The position numbers were made by a program, and so were the translations under genes. Below the pieces are notes generated by a model. The model was not told the origin of the DNA. It was given only the letters and a program-made list of their open reading frames with translations, and ran no database searches. Positions 23,830 through 31,916 of a stretch of DNA of 32,000 bases are shown in pieces (within the stretch, counting starts at the first letter, position 1; every line of letters begins with the position of its first letter). The stretch lies in the NCBI RefSeq assembly GCF_000016745.1, contig NC_009483.1, positions 3,510,001 to 3,542,000 on the forward strand, read 5' to 3'. This DNA is from Geotalea uraniireducens Rf4. GTDB taxonomy: Bacteria > Desulfobacterota > Desulfuromonadia > Geobacterales > Geobacteraceae.

Positions 23830-25811
23830 AGTATGATTCTTTCGGCAACGACCTCCGCCAGATCCCGCACCTTAAGCTCCCCTTCGCAGTCGCCGGTCTT
23901 GATGCCATCCTCGAACATGGTCAGACAGAAGGGGCAGTTGGAGATCAGAAGCGGTGCCCCGGTCTCTTGAGCCATCCGCACACGCGTGACGTTGATCCGG
24001 CTCCCCAGCTTCTCCTCGGCCAGGATCCGGCCACCGCCGGCGCCGCAGCAAAAGCTCTCGTAGCCGGACTTCTTCATCTCGGTGATCCTTCCGCCGGCAG
24101 CGTGGAGGACGTTGCGCGGCTCCCGGGTGATGTCCTTGTATCTCCCCAGGTAGCAGGAGTCGTGGTAGGTATAGTCGAACTGATGCGGCTCCATGGGCAG
24201 TGCCCCCTTGTTGATGAGGCTCTCGATGAAGACGGTGTAGTGTTCGACCGCCACGTCCAGCCCCAGGTCCCTGTAATCCCGCCCCAGGGTATTGAGACAG
24301 TGGGGGCAGGTGGTAACGATCTTCTTTACCTCGTAGGCCTTGATCAGCTCGATGTTCTCGCCGGCGGTCATCTGGTAGAGATATTCGTTACCGAGCTTTC
24401 TCAGCGGCTCGCCGCAGCATTTCTCCTCTTTGCCGAGGATTCCCACCCTGACACCGGCGGCGTTGCAAATCTTGATGAAGCTCCTCGCCACCTCCTGGTT
24501 GCGCTTGTCGAAGGAGGCGTAGCAGCCGACGAAGTAAAGGATGTCCACGTCGGCGCCGTCGGCCATCACCTGCACATCGAGGCCAGCGGTCCAGTCGCCG
24601 CGGCCGGCATAGGCCATGCCGAAGGGGTTGCCGTTCACCTCGATGTTGTTGACGGCCACCATCACCTCTTCGCCGGGAAATTCCCCCTGCATCAGCACCA
24701 GGTTCCGCCTCATATCCAGGATCTTGTTCACGTGCTCCACATTGGCCGGGCAGATTTCCTGGCAGGATCGGCAGGTGGTGCATGACCAGAGGGCATCCTG
24801 GCTGACGGTCTCGATCAGGTTGGCCCCGGAGTTGCCAAAGGCTACTTCCCCGATCTGCTGCACCACCTTCATCGGCGACAACGGCTTGTCGGTGGTCCAG
24901 GCCGGGCAGCGGTCCTGGCACCGTTTGCAGCTGGTGCAGGCATCGGCGTCGAAAATATCCTTCCAGGAGAGGTCGGCGACCTTGTCCACCCCGAAATGCT
25001 CGGCCCCTTCTTCCTCCAGGTTGATGGTGGCGATGACCCCTTTTTCCCGCAGGTCGGTGAGGAGATAGTTGGCCGGGGTGGTGAAGAGGTGCCGGAATTT
25101 GCTGAACGGGATGGTGACGATGAACCCCATTACAAGGAAGAAATGGACCCACCACCACAACTTGTGCAGCTGCTTTAGTGACTGATCGTCGAGGCCGGCA
25201 AACTGGTTGGCAACGAAGAGGCCGATGGGTGAGAAGCGGGCGAGTTCAGGGTTGTTCTTCAGCTCTGTGGCGGCGATCCGCACCCCTTCGGCAAAGAAGC
25301 CGGTGAGGAGGATGGCGGTCAGAAGGATATGCATCAGGTAGTCGTCTCTGGTGGTCTTGAGCCCTTCCGGCCTGACCAGGAAGCGGCGCAGGGAAAGGCC
25401 GAAGAGCATGAGCAGGGCGACGAAACCGGCCAGGTCGAGGAGCAGCGAGTAGAGCTTGTAGAAGCTCCCCTTGAGGATCACCACATTGAAGAGCGGCTGG
25501 GAGAAATCGGCCTGGGCCATGACCAGGAGCGTACCGATGAAGAGAATGACAAAGCCCCAGAAAAAGAGCGCGTGGGGGACCCCGGGCCCCGACACGCGCA
25601 GAACCCTGATCTGGCCGAAGAGATTCTTCACCAGCAGCACGATGCGCTCGGAAAGGTTATCGAGACGATTGAGCTCTTTACCCTGCCGATAGACCTCCAC
25701 CCGTTTATAGAACCCATAGGCGCAGGCAGCAACGGCAATGGCGGTGAACAGATACATGGGGAGGATCACCCCGTACCCCACATTCCAATAGATTTCCCTG
25801 GTTGCTTCCAT
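23826..25811 (-). CDS. Membrane-bound Fe-S oxidoreductase (NarI/DsrM-like TM domain + 2x[4Fe-4S] + two CCG domains; HdrD/DsrK/GlpC-like), candidate ETF:menaquinone oxidoreductase
   Basis: 661 aa. About 5-6 N-terminal TM helices. CTSCKRCQDRCP and CTTCRSCQEICP ferredoxin motifs. CCG-domain cysteines (VGCYASF..KCCGEP; YHDSCYLGR..FCCGAGGG). Sits directly upstream of etfBA in the operon. Confidence 0.85.
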   Translation of the reverse strand: MEATREIYWNVGYGVILPMYLFTAIAVAACAYGFYKRVEVYRQGKELNRLDNLSERIVLLVKNLFGQIRVLRVSGPGVPHALFFWGFVILFIGTLLVMAQADFSQPLFNVVILKGSFYKLYSLLLDLAGFVALLMLFGLSLRRFLVRPEGLKTTRDDYLMHILLTAILLTGFFAEGVRIAATELKNNPELARFSPIGLFVANQFAGLDDQSLKQLHKLWWWVHFFLVMGFIVTIPFSKFRHLFTTPANYLLTDLREKGVIATINLEEEGAEHFGVDKVADLSWKDIFDADACTSCKRCQDRCPAWTTDKPLSPMKVVQQIGEVAFGNSGANLIETVSQDALWSCTTCRSCQEICPANVEHVNKILDMRRNLVLMQGEFPGEEVMVAVNNIEVNGNPFGMAYAGRGDWTAGLDVQVMADGADVDILYFVGCYASFDKRNQEVARSFIKICNAAGVRVGILGKEEKCCGEPLRKLGNEYLYQMTAGENIELIKAYEVKKIVTTCPHCLNTLGRDYRDLGLDVAVEHYTVFIESLINKGALPMEPHQFDYTYHDSCYLGRYKDITREPRNVLHAAGGRITEMKKSGYESFCCGAGGGRILAEEKLGSRINVTRVRMAQETGAPLLISNCPFCLTMFEDGIKTGDCEGELKVRDLAEVVAERIIL

Positions 25812-25832
25812 AACTGCCTCTCGATTTTACTT

Positions 25833-25911
25833 CCCCCTTTGCAAAAGGGGGATTGAGGGGGATTTTCATCAGTTGCCAAATCCCCCCCGGCCCCCCTTTC
25901 TCAAAGGGGGG
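25833..25911. repeat. REP-like element, type A variant (CCCCCTTT-N-AAAGGGGG hairpins)
   Basis: CCCCCTTTGCAAAAGGGGG and CCCCCCTTTCTCAAAGGGGGG hairpins flank GATTGAGGGGGATTTTCATCAGTTGCCAAATCCCCC. Confidence 0.85.
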
Positions 25912-25923
25912 AGAAATTCATCG

Positions 25924-27063
25924 TTACGCCAGCAGCATTTTCGAGATGACTACTCTCTGCACCTCATTAGTCCCCTCGTAGATCTCGGTAATCTTGGCGT
26001 CGCGGTACATCCGCTCCACCTCGTAATCAACGATGAAACCGTAGCCGCCGTGGATCTGGATCGCTTCCTTGGTGACATAGGTGGCTGCCTCCGAGGCAAG
26101 CATCTTGCACATGGCCGACTCCATGGTGTAGCTTTTCTTGGCATCCTTGAGGCAGGCGGCCTTGTAGGTCATCAGCTTGCTCGTCTCGATCCGGGCCCAC
26201 ATGTCGGCCAGCTTGAACTGGATCGCCTGCAGATCGCAGATGGGAGCGCCGAACTGCTTCCGCTCCTTGGAGTAGGCCAGGGCCCGCTCGAAGGCCCCTT
26301 CGGCAATGCCGAGCGCCTGGGAGGCAATGCCGATCCGGCCACCGTTCAGGGTGTCCATGGCGATCTTGAACCCCTGCCCTTCCTGCCCCAAAAGGTTCTC
26401 CGCCGGAATCCGCACGTTATCCAGGGCAAAGGCGGTGGTGTAACTGCCGCGGATGCCCAGCTTCTTCTCGTTCTTGAGAATTTCGACCCCCGGCGACTGA
26501 AGGTCGATGATGAAGGCCGAGACCCCCTTATGCTTGAGACTCTTGTCATGGGTAGCGAAGAGGACGCCGGTGCCTTTGTACCCCCCATTGGTGATGAATA
26601 TCTTGGAGCCGTTGATGACGAAATCGTTCCCATCCCGCTTGTAGGTGGTGGATATGGCGCCGGCGTCGCTCCCCGCGTCCGGCTCGGTCAGGAGGAAACA
26701 GCCGATGATCTCCCCCGTATTCAGCGCCGGGAGCCACTTCTGCTTCTGCTCTTCGGTGCCGAAGGTGTAGATCGGGCCGCAGGCCAGGGAGGTGTGGGCC
26801 GAAATCAGGACGCCGCTGGAACCGCAGGCCTTGGAGACCTCCTCGACGACGATGGCGTAGGAAAGCATGTCCAGCCCGGCCCCGCCGTACTCATCGGGGA
26901 GATAACTGCCGAGGAACCCCATCTCCCCCATCTTCTTCACCAGCTCGTCGGGGATCATGTGTTCCTCGTCGATCTGCATGGCAATCGGCTTGATCTCCTT
27001 CTCAACGAAATCGCGAACAGCGTCCTGCAGCACTTTGTGGTCCTGGCTCAACTCGAAATCCAT
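25924..27063 (-). CDS. Acyl-CoA dehydrogenase (butyryl-CoA dehydrogenase-like)
   Basis: The ATG at 27063 gives MDFELSQDHKVLQDAVRDFVEKEIKPIA.. Also LLTEPDAGSD and ..IYEGTNEVQRVVISKMLL. The listed 23-codon extension runs into a type B repeat. Confidence 0.9.
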   Translation of the reverse strand: MDFELSQDHKVLQDAVRDFVEKEIKPIAMQIDEEHMIPDELVKKMGEMGFLGSYLPDEYGGAGLDMLSYAIVVEEVSKACGSSGVLISAHTSLACGPIYTFGTEEQKQKWLPALNTGEIIGCFLLTEPDAGSDAGAISTTYKRDGNDFVINGSKIFITNGGYKGTGVLFATHDKSLKHKGVSAFIIDLQSPGVEILKNEKKLGIRGSYTTAFALDNVRIPAENLLGQEGQGFKIAMDTLNGGRIGIASQALGIAEGAFERALAYSKERKQFGAPICDLQAIQFKLADMWARIETSKLMTYKAACLKDAKKSYTMESAMCKMLASEAATYVTKEAIQIHGGYGFIVDYEVERMYRDAKITEIYEGTNEVQRVVISKMLLA

Positions 27064-27082
27064 GGTACACCCCCGTATTTTT

Positions 27083-27147
27083 GTAGGGGCGGACGGCGTC
27101 CGCCCATTGCGCATGCCCTTCATTGGGCGCATGCCATGCGCCCCTAC
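27083..27147. repeat. REP-like element, type B
   Basis: Ends GTAGGGGCG ... CGCCCCTAC. Internal GGCGGACGGCGTCCGCC hairpin. Confidence 0.85.
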
Positions 27148-27159
27148 GTTCCGTTGTCG

Positions 27160-27942
27160 TTATTTCCCCTTGAACACCGCTTTCCGCTTCTCCACGAACG
27201 CCCCCATCCCCTCTTTCTGGTCCTCGGTGGCAAACAGCACGCCGAACAGGGAACTCTCGTAGCGGAAGCCGTCCTCTTTGACCATGTTCAGGCCGTTGAC
27301 GATGGCATTCTTGGCGTAACCGACCCCGAGAAGGCCATTTTTGGCGATCTCCCGGGCCAGGTCCATCACCTTGCCGGCAAGTTCCGCCCGGGGGAAGACC
27401 TCGTTGACGATCCCCCACGCCAGGGCCTTCTGGGCCGGGATCATCCGGCCGCTGAAGACCAGCTCTCTGGCCTTGTTGGGGCCGATGAGCCGGGAGAGGT
27501 TCTGGGTGCCGCCGAAGCCGGGAATGATGCCGAGGGTGACCTCGGGGAAGCCGACCCGGGCATTCTCCGAAGCGTAGATGATGTCGCAGGCCAGGGCCAG
27601 CTCCAGCCCGCCGCCAAGGGCATAGCCGTTCACCGCGGCGATGACCGGTTTGGTCATCTTTTCGATGAAGAGCATCACCCGCTGCCCCTGAAGGGCGAAC
27701 CGGTGCCCCTCGTAAGCCGTCATTGCCGCCATCTCCTTGATGTCGGCTCCGGCAACGAAGGCCTTCTCCCCGGCGCCGGTGATGATCACCACCTGAGCCT
27801 CGGAATCGTGCTCAATCTCGTAGAGAGTGCACTCCAGCTCTCCGAGCACTTGGCTGTTAAGGGCATTGAGGCTCTCCGGCCGGTTGACCGTGACCAGGGC
27901 GATGCCGTCGGTTATTTCGAAGAGGATATTTTTTGTTTCCAT
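27160..27942 (-). CDS. Enoyl-CoA hydratase (crotonase family)
   Basis: The ATG at 27942 (AGGAGA SD) gives METKNILFEITDGIALVTVNRPESLNALN.. Also ITGAGEKAFVAGADIKEM and AAVNGYALGGGLELALACD. Confidence 0.9.
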   Translation of the reverse strand: METKNILFEITDGIALVTVNRPESLNALNSQVLGELECTLYEIEHDSEAQVVIITGAGEKAFVAGADIKEMAAMTAYEGHRFALQGQRVMLFIEKMTKPVIAAVNGYALGGGLELALACDIIYASENARVGFPEVTLGIIPGFGGTQNLSRLIGPNKARELVFSGRMIPAQKALAWGIVNEVFPRAELAGKVMDLAREIAKNGLLGVGYAKNAIVNGLNMVKEDGFRYESSLFGVLFATEDQKEGMGAFVEKRKAVFKGK

Positions 27943-28009
27943 TGTCGATCTCCTGAAATCGTTTTTGCCGGTTAATTTATGCAAAAAACATCGGATGGCC
28001 CTAAATGAT

Positions 28010-28119
28010 CCCCCCTCCCTTCGATGGGAGGGGGCTAGGGGGAGGGTGAAAATAAATATCGAAGAATCACTGTTTTGCACCCCCACCCCATCCCTCCCCC
28101 ATCGAAGGGGGAGGGGGAA
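28010..28119. repeat. REP-like element, type A (two CCCTCCC-N6-GGGAGGG hairpins)
   Basis: CCCCTCCCTTCGATGGGAGGGG and CCCTCCCCCATCGAAGGGGGAGGG, with GGGGGAGGGTG / CACCCCCACCCC arms. Confidence 0.85.
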
Positions 28120-28142
28120 TTTGCAACTGCGAAAGTTGATAT

Positions 28143-28988
28143 TTAATAGCTATAAAACCCTCTACCCGATTTTTTCCCCAGATAGCCGGCATTGACCATC
28201 TTCACCAACAACGGGCAGGGGCGATATTTGGGGTCCTTGAAACCGTCATGGAGCACATTGCAGATGGCAAGCACCGTGTCCAGGCCGATGAAGTCCGCCA
28301 GGGTGAGCGGTCCCATCGGCTGGTTGGTGCCGAGTTTCATCCCCTTGTCGATGTCCTCGGCCGACGCGATCCCCTCGTAGAGGGCGAAGACCGCCTCGTT
28401 GATCATCGGAATCAGTATCCGGTTGACGATGAAGCCGGGATAATCCTGGGAAACAGCCATCTCTTTCCCCAGCTTGTCGACCAGGGAACTGATGGCCTGG
28501 AAGGTCTCTTCGCTGGTGGCGAGCCCCCGAATCACCTCGACCAGTTGCATGACCGGCACCGGATTCATGAAGTGCATGCCGACCACCTTGTCGGGCCGCC
28601 TGGTAACGGAGGCGATCCTGGTAATGGATATGGAAGAAGTATTGGAAGCCAGGATGGCATCCTTGCCCACGATCTCGTCCAGCTTGCGGAACAGGTCGAA
28701 CTTGAGCGCCTCATTCTCGCTCACCGCCTCCACCACCAGGTCGCAGACTGAAAAGTCGTTCAAATCATTGGTCACGGCGATCCGTCCCATGATCCCCTGG
28801 ATGCTGGTCTCGAAGATAACCCCCTTCTTCGCCTGCCGCTCCAGGTTCTGTGCGATGGATTTCAGCGCCTTTTCCAACTGCGCCCCGGAAATGTCGTAAA
28901 TCAGAACCTGGTAGGCATGCTGGGCAAAGACATGCGCTATCCCGCTCCCCATCTGGCCTGCGCCTATAACACCGACTACCTTGAACAT
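28143..28988 (-). CDS. hbd: 3-hydroxybutyryl-CoA (3-hydroxyacyl-CoA) dehydrogenase, NAD-binding
   Basis: 281 aa. AAGGAGGG SD. MFKVVGVIGAGQMGSGIAHVFAQ (Rossmann GxGxxG), ..ILASNTSSISIT.., GMHFMNPVPVMQLVE, GFIVNRIL. Confidence 0.9.
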   Translation of the reverse strand: MFKVVGVIGAGQMGSGIAHVFAQHAYQVLIYDISGAQLEKALKSIAQNLERQAKKGVIFETSIQGIMGRIAVTNDLNDFSVCDLVVEAVSENEALKFDLFRKLDEIVGKDAILASNTSSISITRIASVTRRPDKVVGMHFMNPVPVMQLVEVIRGLATSEETFQAISSLVDKLGKEMAVSQDYPGFIVNRILIPMINEAVFALYEGIASAEDIDKGMKLGTNQPMGPLTLADFIGLDTVLAICNVLHDGFKDPKYRPCPLLVKMVNAGYLGKKSGRGFYSY

Positions 28989-29030
28989 ATTTTACCCTCC
29001 TTACCTCTGAACAGTATTCATCTCGTTAGT

Positions 29031-29114
29031 TCACCCTCCCCCACCCCCTCCCATCAAGGGAGGGGAGCTTTTAAATCCCCTCGCCCCTTGTGGGAGAGGG
29101 CTAGGGTGAGGGGG
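29031..29114. repeat. REP-like element, type A (full palindromic copy)
   Basis: TCACCCTCCCCCACCCCCTCCCATCAAGGGAGGGGAG ... CCCCTCGCCCCTTGTGGGAGAGGGCTAGGGTGAGGGGG. It ends 3 nt from the thiolase stop. Confidence 0.85.
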
Positions 29115-29117
29115 AAG

Positions 29118-30293
29118 TTAAACCCTTTCGAATATGACCGCCACCGCCTCTCCGCCGCCGATGCAGAGGGTGGCCAGACCGTAGCGTGACTGCCGCCTGT
29201 GCAGTTCGCGAATGACCGTGGCCGCAAGCCTGGCGCCGCTGGCGCCGATGGGGTGGCCGATGGCGCAGGCGCCGCCGTTGACGTTGACTTTCGCCGGGTC
29301 GAGACCCAGTTGCTTTATGGCAATCATGGTCACCGCGGCAAACGCCTCGTTGATCTCGAACAGGTCGATGTCGGCAACCTTGAGCCCGGCCCTGGCGCAG
29401 GCCGCCTGGATCGCCCCCACCGGGGCGTCGGTGTACAGTTCGGGATGCATGCTGTAGGTGGCATAGGCGACCAGCCGCGCCCGCGGCTTCAGGTTGTGTT
29501 TTTTCAGGGCGCCTTCGTCGGCCAGAAGCGTCACGGCCGCGCCGTCGCTGATGCTGGAAGCGTTGCCGGCGGTGATGGCGCCGTCTTTTTTGAATGCCGG
29601 CCGCAGCTGGGTGAGCTTGGCGAAGTCCACCTTGAACGGGTCCTCGTCGTCCGCCACAACCTCATCCCCCTTCTTGCCGTTTTTCACCACCGGGACGATC
29701 TCGTCCTTGAACACACCGCCCTTCACCGCCTCCTGGGCCAGTCGGTACGAACGGACCGCGAACTCATCCTGCTCCTCCCGGGAAAAACCATGCTTCGCCA
29801 CGGCCGCCTCGGCGATATCGCCCATATGCTTCCCCGAGTACGGGTCCTGCAAGCCGTCATAAATCATCAGGTCCAGAAGCTCGCCGTGCCCCATCCGGTA
29901 GCCGTAGCGGGCCTTCTTCAGGATGAAGGGGGTGAGCGACATATTTTCCATGCCGCCAGCCACAACCAGGTTCGAATCGCCGAGCATGATGGAACCGGCG
30001 CCGAGCATGATCGACTTGAGGCCGCTGCCGCAGACCTTGTTGATGGTCATGGCGTGAACGCCGTCAGGGATTCCCGCCAGCCGCATTGCCTGGCGTGCCG
30101 GCGCTTGGCCCGCCCCGCCGGATAATACCTGACCAAGGATTACTTCGCTGACTGCCGCCGGGTCAAGACCGGTCCGTTCCAGCGCGGCACCGATGACCGT
30201 TGCCGCCAGCTTCGGCGCTTCCACGTCCGACAGCACGCCGCCAAAAGAACCGAATGGAGTTCTCAGGGATTCAACCACAAACACGTCTTTCAT
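29118..30293 (-). CDS. Acetyl-CoA C-acetyltransferase (thiolase II)
   Basis: The ATG at 30293 (GGAGGT SD) gives MKDVFVVESLRTPFGSFGG.. Also INKVCGSGLKSI (active-site Cys), NVNGGACAIGHPIGASGAR and GLATLCIGGGEAVA. Confidence 0.92.
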   Translation of the reverse strand: MKDVFVVESLRTPFGSFGGVLSDVEAPKLAATVIGAALERTGLDPAAVSEVILGQVLSGGAGQAPARQAMRLAGIPDGVHAMTINKVCGSGLKSIMLGAGSIMLGDSNLVVAGGMENMSLTPFILKKARYGYRMGHGELLDLMIYDGLQDPYSGKHMGDIAEAAVAKHGFSREEQDEFAVRSYRLAQEAVKGGVFKDEIVPVVKNGKKGDEVVADDEDPFKVDFAKLTQLRPAFKKDGAITAGNASSISDGAAVTLLADEGALKKHNLKPRARLVAYATYSMHPELYTDAPVGAIQAACARAGLKVADIDLFEINEAFAAVTMIAIKQLGLDPAKVNVNGGACAIGHPIGASGARLAATVIRELHRRQSRYGLATLCIGGGEAVAVIFERV

Positions 30294-30312
30294 CGCCAAC
30301 CTCCACAAGCCG

Positions 30313-30361
30313 AAATTTGATTCAAGTATAAGAGCAGTTTACGTGCATGTCAATCAAATTT
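30313..30361. promoter_or_regulatory. 12-bp inverted repeat bracketing the promoter (candidate repressor operator)
   Basis: AAATTTGATTCA (30313-30324) and TCAATCAAATTT (30350-30361), 11/12 complementary. One arm overlaps the -35 and the other covers the TSS region. Confidence 0.5.
30325..30353 (-). promoter_or_regulatory. Sigma70-type promoter of the beta-oxidation operon
   Basis: Minus strand reads TTGACA (30353-30348), a 17-nt spacer, then TATACT (30330-30325). The predicted TSS near 30318 leaves a ~25-nt leader containing the GGAGG SD. Confidence 0.6.
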
Positions 30362-30549
30362 AAAACATGTTTCTACAATATGATAAATTTTTCTTTGCTA
30401 CGCGCACAACCCCCTTGCCTACAGGCGCTTTACTGAAAGTAAAAATGTTTGTATTGTATTTGCTTTCCAAACCCACGCACGTCTCGCGATAATTTGACGT
30501 AAAGGGAATGCACGTACAAACGACTTCCATCACCAGTGCAATACTACCA

Positions 30550-30633
30550 GAAAATACGAAAGGGGCATGTTGCCCGTCACACCTGACCGGACAACATGCC
30601 CCTTCGAAAACTCCCTTTTACTTTTTTTCAATC
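30550..30633. repeat. Copy A of an 84-bp (or longer) direct repeat with a 13-bp-stem hairpin
   Basis: GAAAATACGAAAGGGGCATGTTGCCCGTCACACCTGACCGGACAACATGCCCCTTCGAAAACTCCCTTTTACTTTTTTTCAATC. Stem AAGGGGCATGTTG / CAACATGCCCCTT with a 19-nt loop. Confidence 0.9.
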
Positions 30634-30752
30634 GTGCGCTGCCTGCCAGGTTTTAGGAAAAAAATGGGGAAATTTTTTAATGCTGTGGAGGCAGGAGTCT
30701 TGGATCATGTTTAGACGTTAAAAGAATTTGCAAGTTATTTACGAACTTTAGG

Positions 30753-30782
30753 TTGACAAATAATCACAATATGGTTTACAAA
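30753..30782 (+). promoter_or_regulatory. Candidate sigma70 promoter for the islet gene
   Basis: TTGACA (30753-30758), an 18-nt spacer, then TACAAA (30777-30782). A second possibility is TTTACA-N18-TACAAT just downstream. Very AT-rich context, so specificity is low. Confidence 0.35.
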
Positions 30783-30823
30783 TAATATATAAAATGTTTA
30801 CAATAATTTAAACGAGGTCGATC

Positions 30824-31864
30824 ATGGATATAAAAGATTTCATTTTGGAAGCCATTTACCAAAATAAAACAGGGCACCTTTCGCAGACAATAGCCGAAAA
30901 ATTCAATATCACCCGGCAAGCAGCACAAAAACATATCAAACAACTTGTCGATGCTGGCATTCTTATTATGACTGGTTCTACAAAATCAGCAAAATATGAG
31001 TTTGTCAAAATTGTAAGTGAGCAGAAACGTTTTGATTTATCTCCAGGAATAACTGAAGATTTTCCATGGCGTACATTTGTCAGGCCGCTGCTGGACAATT
31101 TGCCGGGAAATATTATATCAATTTGTCAGTATGGTTTTACCGAGATGTTTAATAATGCCATTGACCATTCCGGAGGTAGTAGCGTTCTGGTGTCTGTTGA
31201 GAGAACAGCATACAATATAGAGTTAGTGGTAAGTGATGACGGTATTGGCATTTTCCGTAAAATAACTAATGATTTCAAGCTTGATGATGAATTACATGCA
31301 ATACTCGAACTTTCGAAAGGGAAATTAACCTCAGACCCTTCTCGTCACAGTGGAGAAGGTATCTTTTTTACCAGCAGGATGTTTGACCGCTATAACATAA
31401 TATCTGGGAAACTACATTTTTCGCATACATTAACAAATACAGATTGGTTGCATGAAGGGAACAACCCGCACACAGGGACAGGCGTTATTATGGATATAAG
31501 AATTTCTAGTGAACGAACAACACGGGCGATTTTCAACGAATTTGCAACTGTTGACCATCCCGGTTTTTATAAAACCATTGTTCCGGTATACCTAGCCCAG
31601 TACGGGGATGAGAATATGATTTCCCGTTCTCAGGCAAAACGAGTTCTGGCGCGTGTGGAGAAGTTTAGAGAGGTTGTCCTTGATTTTGAAAGGGTAAAAG
31701 AAATCGGGCAAGCTTTTGCCGATGAAATTTTCAGAGTTTTTAGACTGGCAAATCCTCACGTACATCTTATTCCAGTTAATGCAAATGAGTCCGTTCAATG
31801 GATGATTGACCGCGCCATCGCTTCCAGTGATGCGGAAGTTAATCAACTTAGTGTTAAAGATTGA
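30824..31864 (+). CDS. wHTH / GHKL (SpoIIAB-like) ATPase / STAS-like (DUF4325-type) fusion protein
   Basis: 346 aa. GAGG 7 nt upstream of the ATG. N-terminal HTH LSQTIAEKFNITRQAAQKHIKQLVDAGIL. GHKL N-box FTEMFNNAIDHS, G1 VSDDGIGIF, G2 HSGEGIFFTS. C-terminal ISRSQAKRVLARVEKFREVVLDFERVKEIGQAFADEIFRVF, typical of STAS-like DUF4325. GC content is clearly lower than in the rest of the window. Confidence 0.8.
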   Translation: MDIKDFILEAIYQNKTGHLSQTIAEKFNITRQAAQKHIKQLVDAGILIMTGSTKSAKYEFVKIVSEQKRFDLSPGITEDFPWRTFVRPLLDNLPGNIISICQYGFTEMFNNAIDHSGGSSVLVSVERTAYNIELVVSDDGIGIFRKITNDFKLDDELHAILELSKGKLTSDPSRHSGEGIFFTSRMFDRYNIISGKLHFSHTLTNTDWLHEGNNPHTGTGVIMDIRISSERTTRAIFNEFATVDHPGFYKTIVPVYLAQYGDENMISRSQAKRVLARVEKFREVVLDFERVKEIGQAFADEIFRVFRLANPHVHLIPVNANESVQWMIDRAIASSDAEVNQLSVKD

Positions 31865-31916
31865 TTCAACGCATTCCAAACCGAGACACTTCCTATTTTT
31901 TAAAGGAGGTGAGTTG

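Noticed and set aside
23643-24785. 380-aa plus-strand ORF (with the similar antisense ORFs 21624..22712, 15201..16157, 29199..30125, 20200..20712, 20854..21612)
   Set aside because: All lie antisense to genes with strong family signatures, start inside repeats or other genes, and have low-complexity G/A/R/P/L composition.
25873-27975. 700-aa plus-strand ORF
   Set aside because: It spans the antisense of two separate, well-supported genes (acyl-CoA dehydrogenase and crotonase) and the repeat between them. It has no motifs, so it is a mirror-frame artefact.
30550-30633. Integron attC site / cassette array
   Set aside because: The hairpin has GTTG before CAAC at the top of a perfect 13-bp stem. 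An attC site instead has RYYYAAC...GTTRRRY core sites at the base, with extrahelical bases. No intI or attI is in the window, and the left neighbour is a core metabolic operon. This cannot be fully excluded without the sequence to the right.
30508-30714. 68-aa plus-strand ORF across repeat copy A
   Set aside because: It has no SD, and most of it is the hairpin repeat and AT-rich spacer. It is retained only as the low-interest small-ORF note for copy B.
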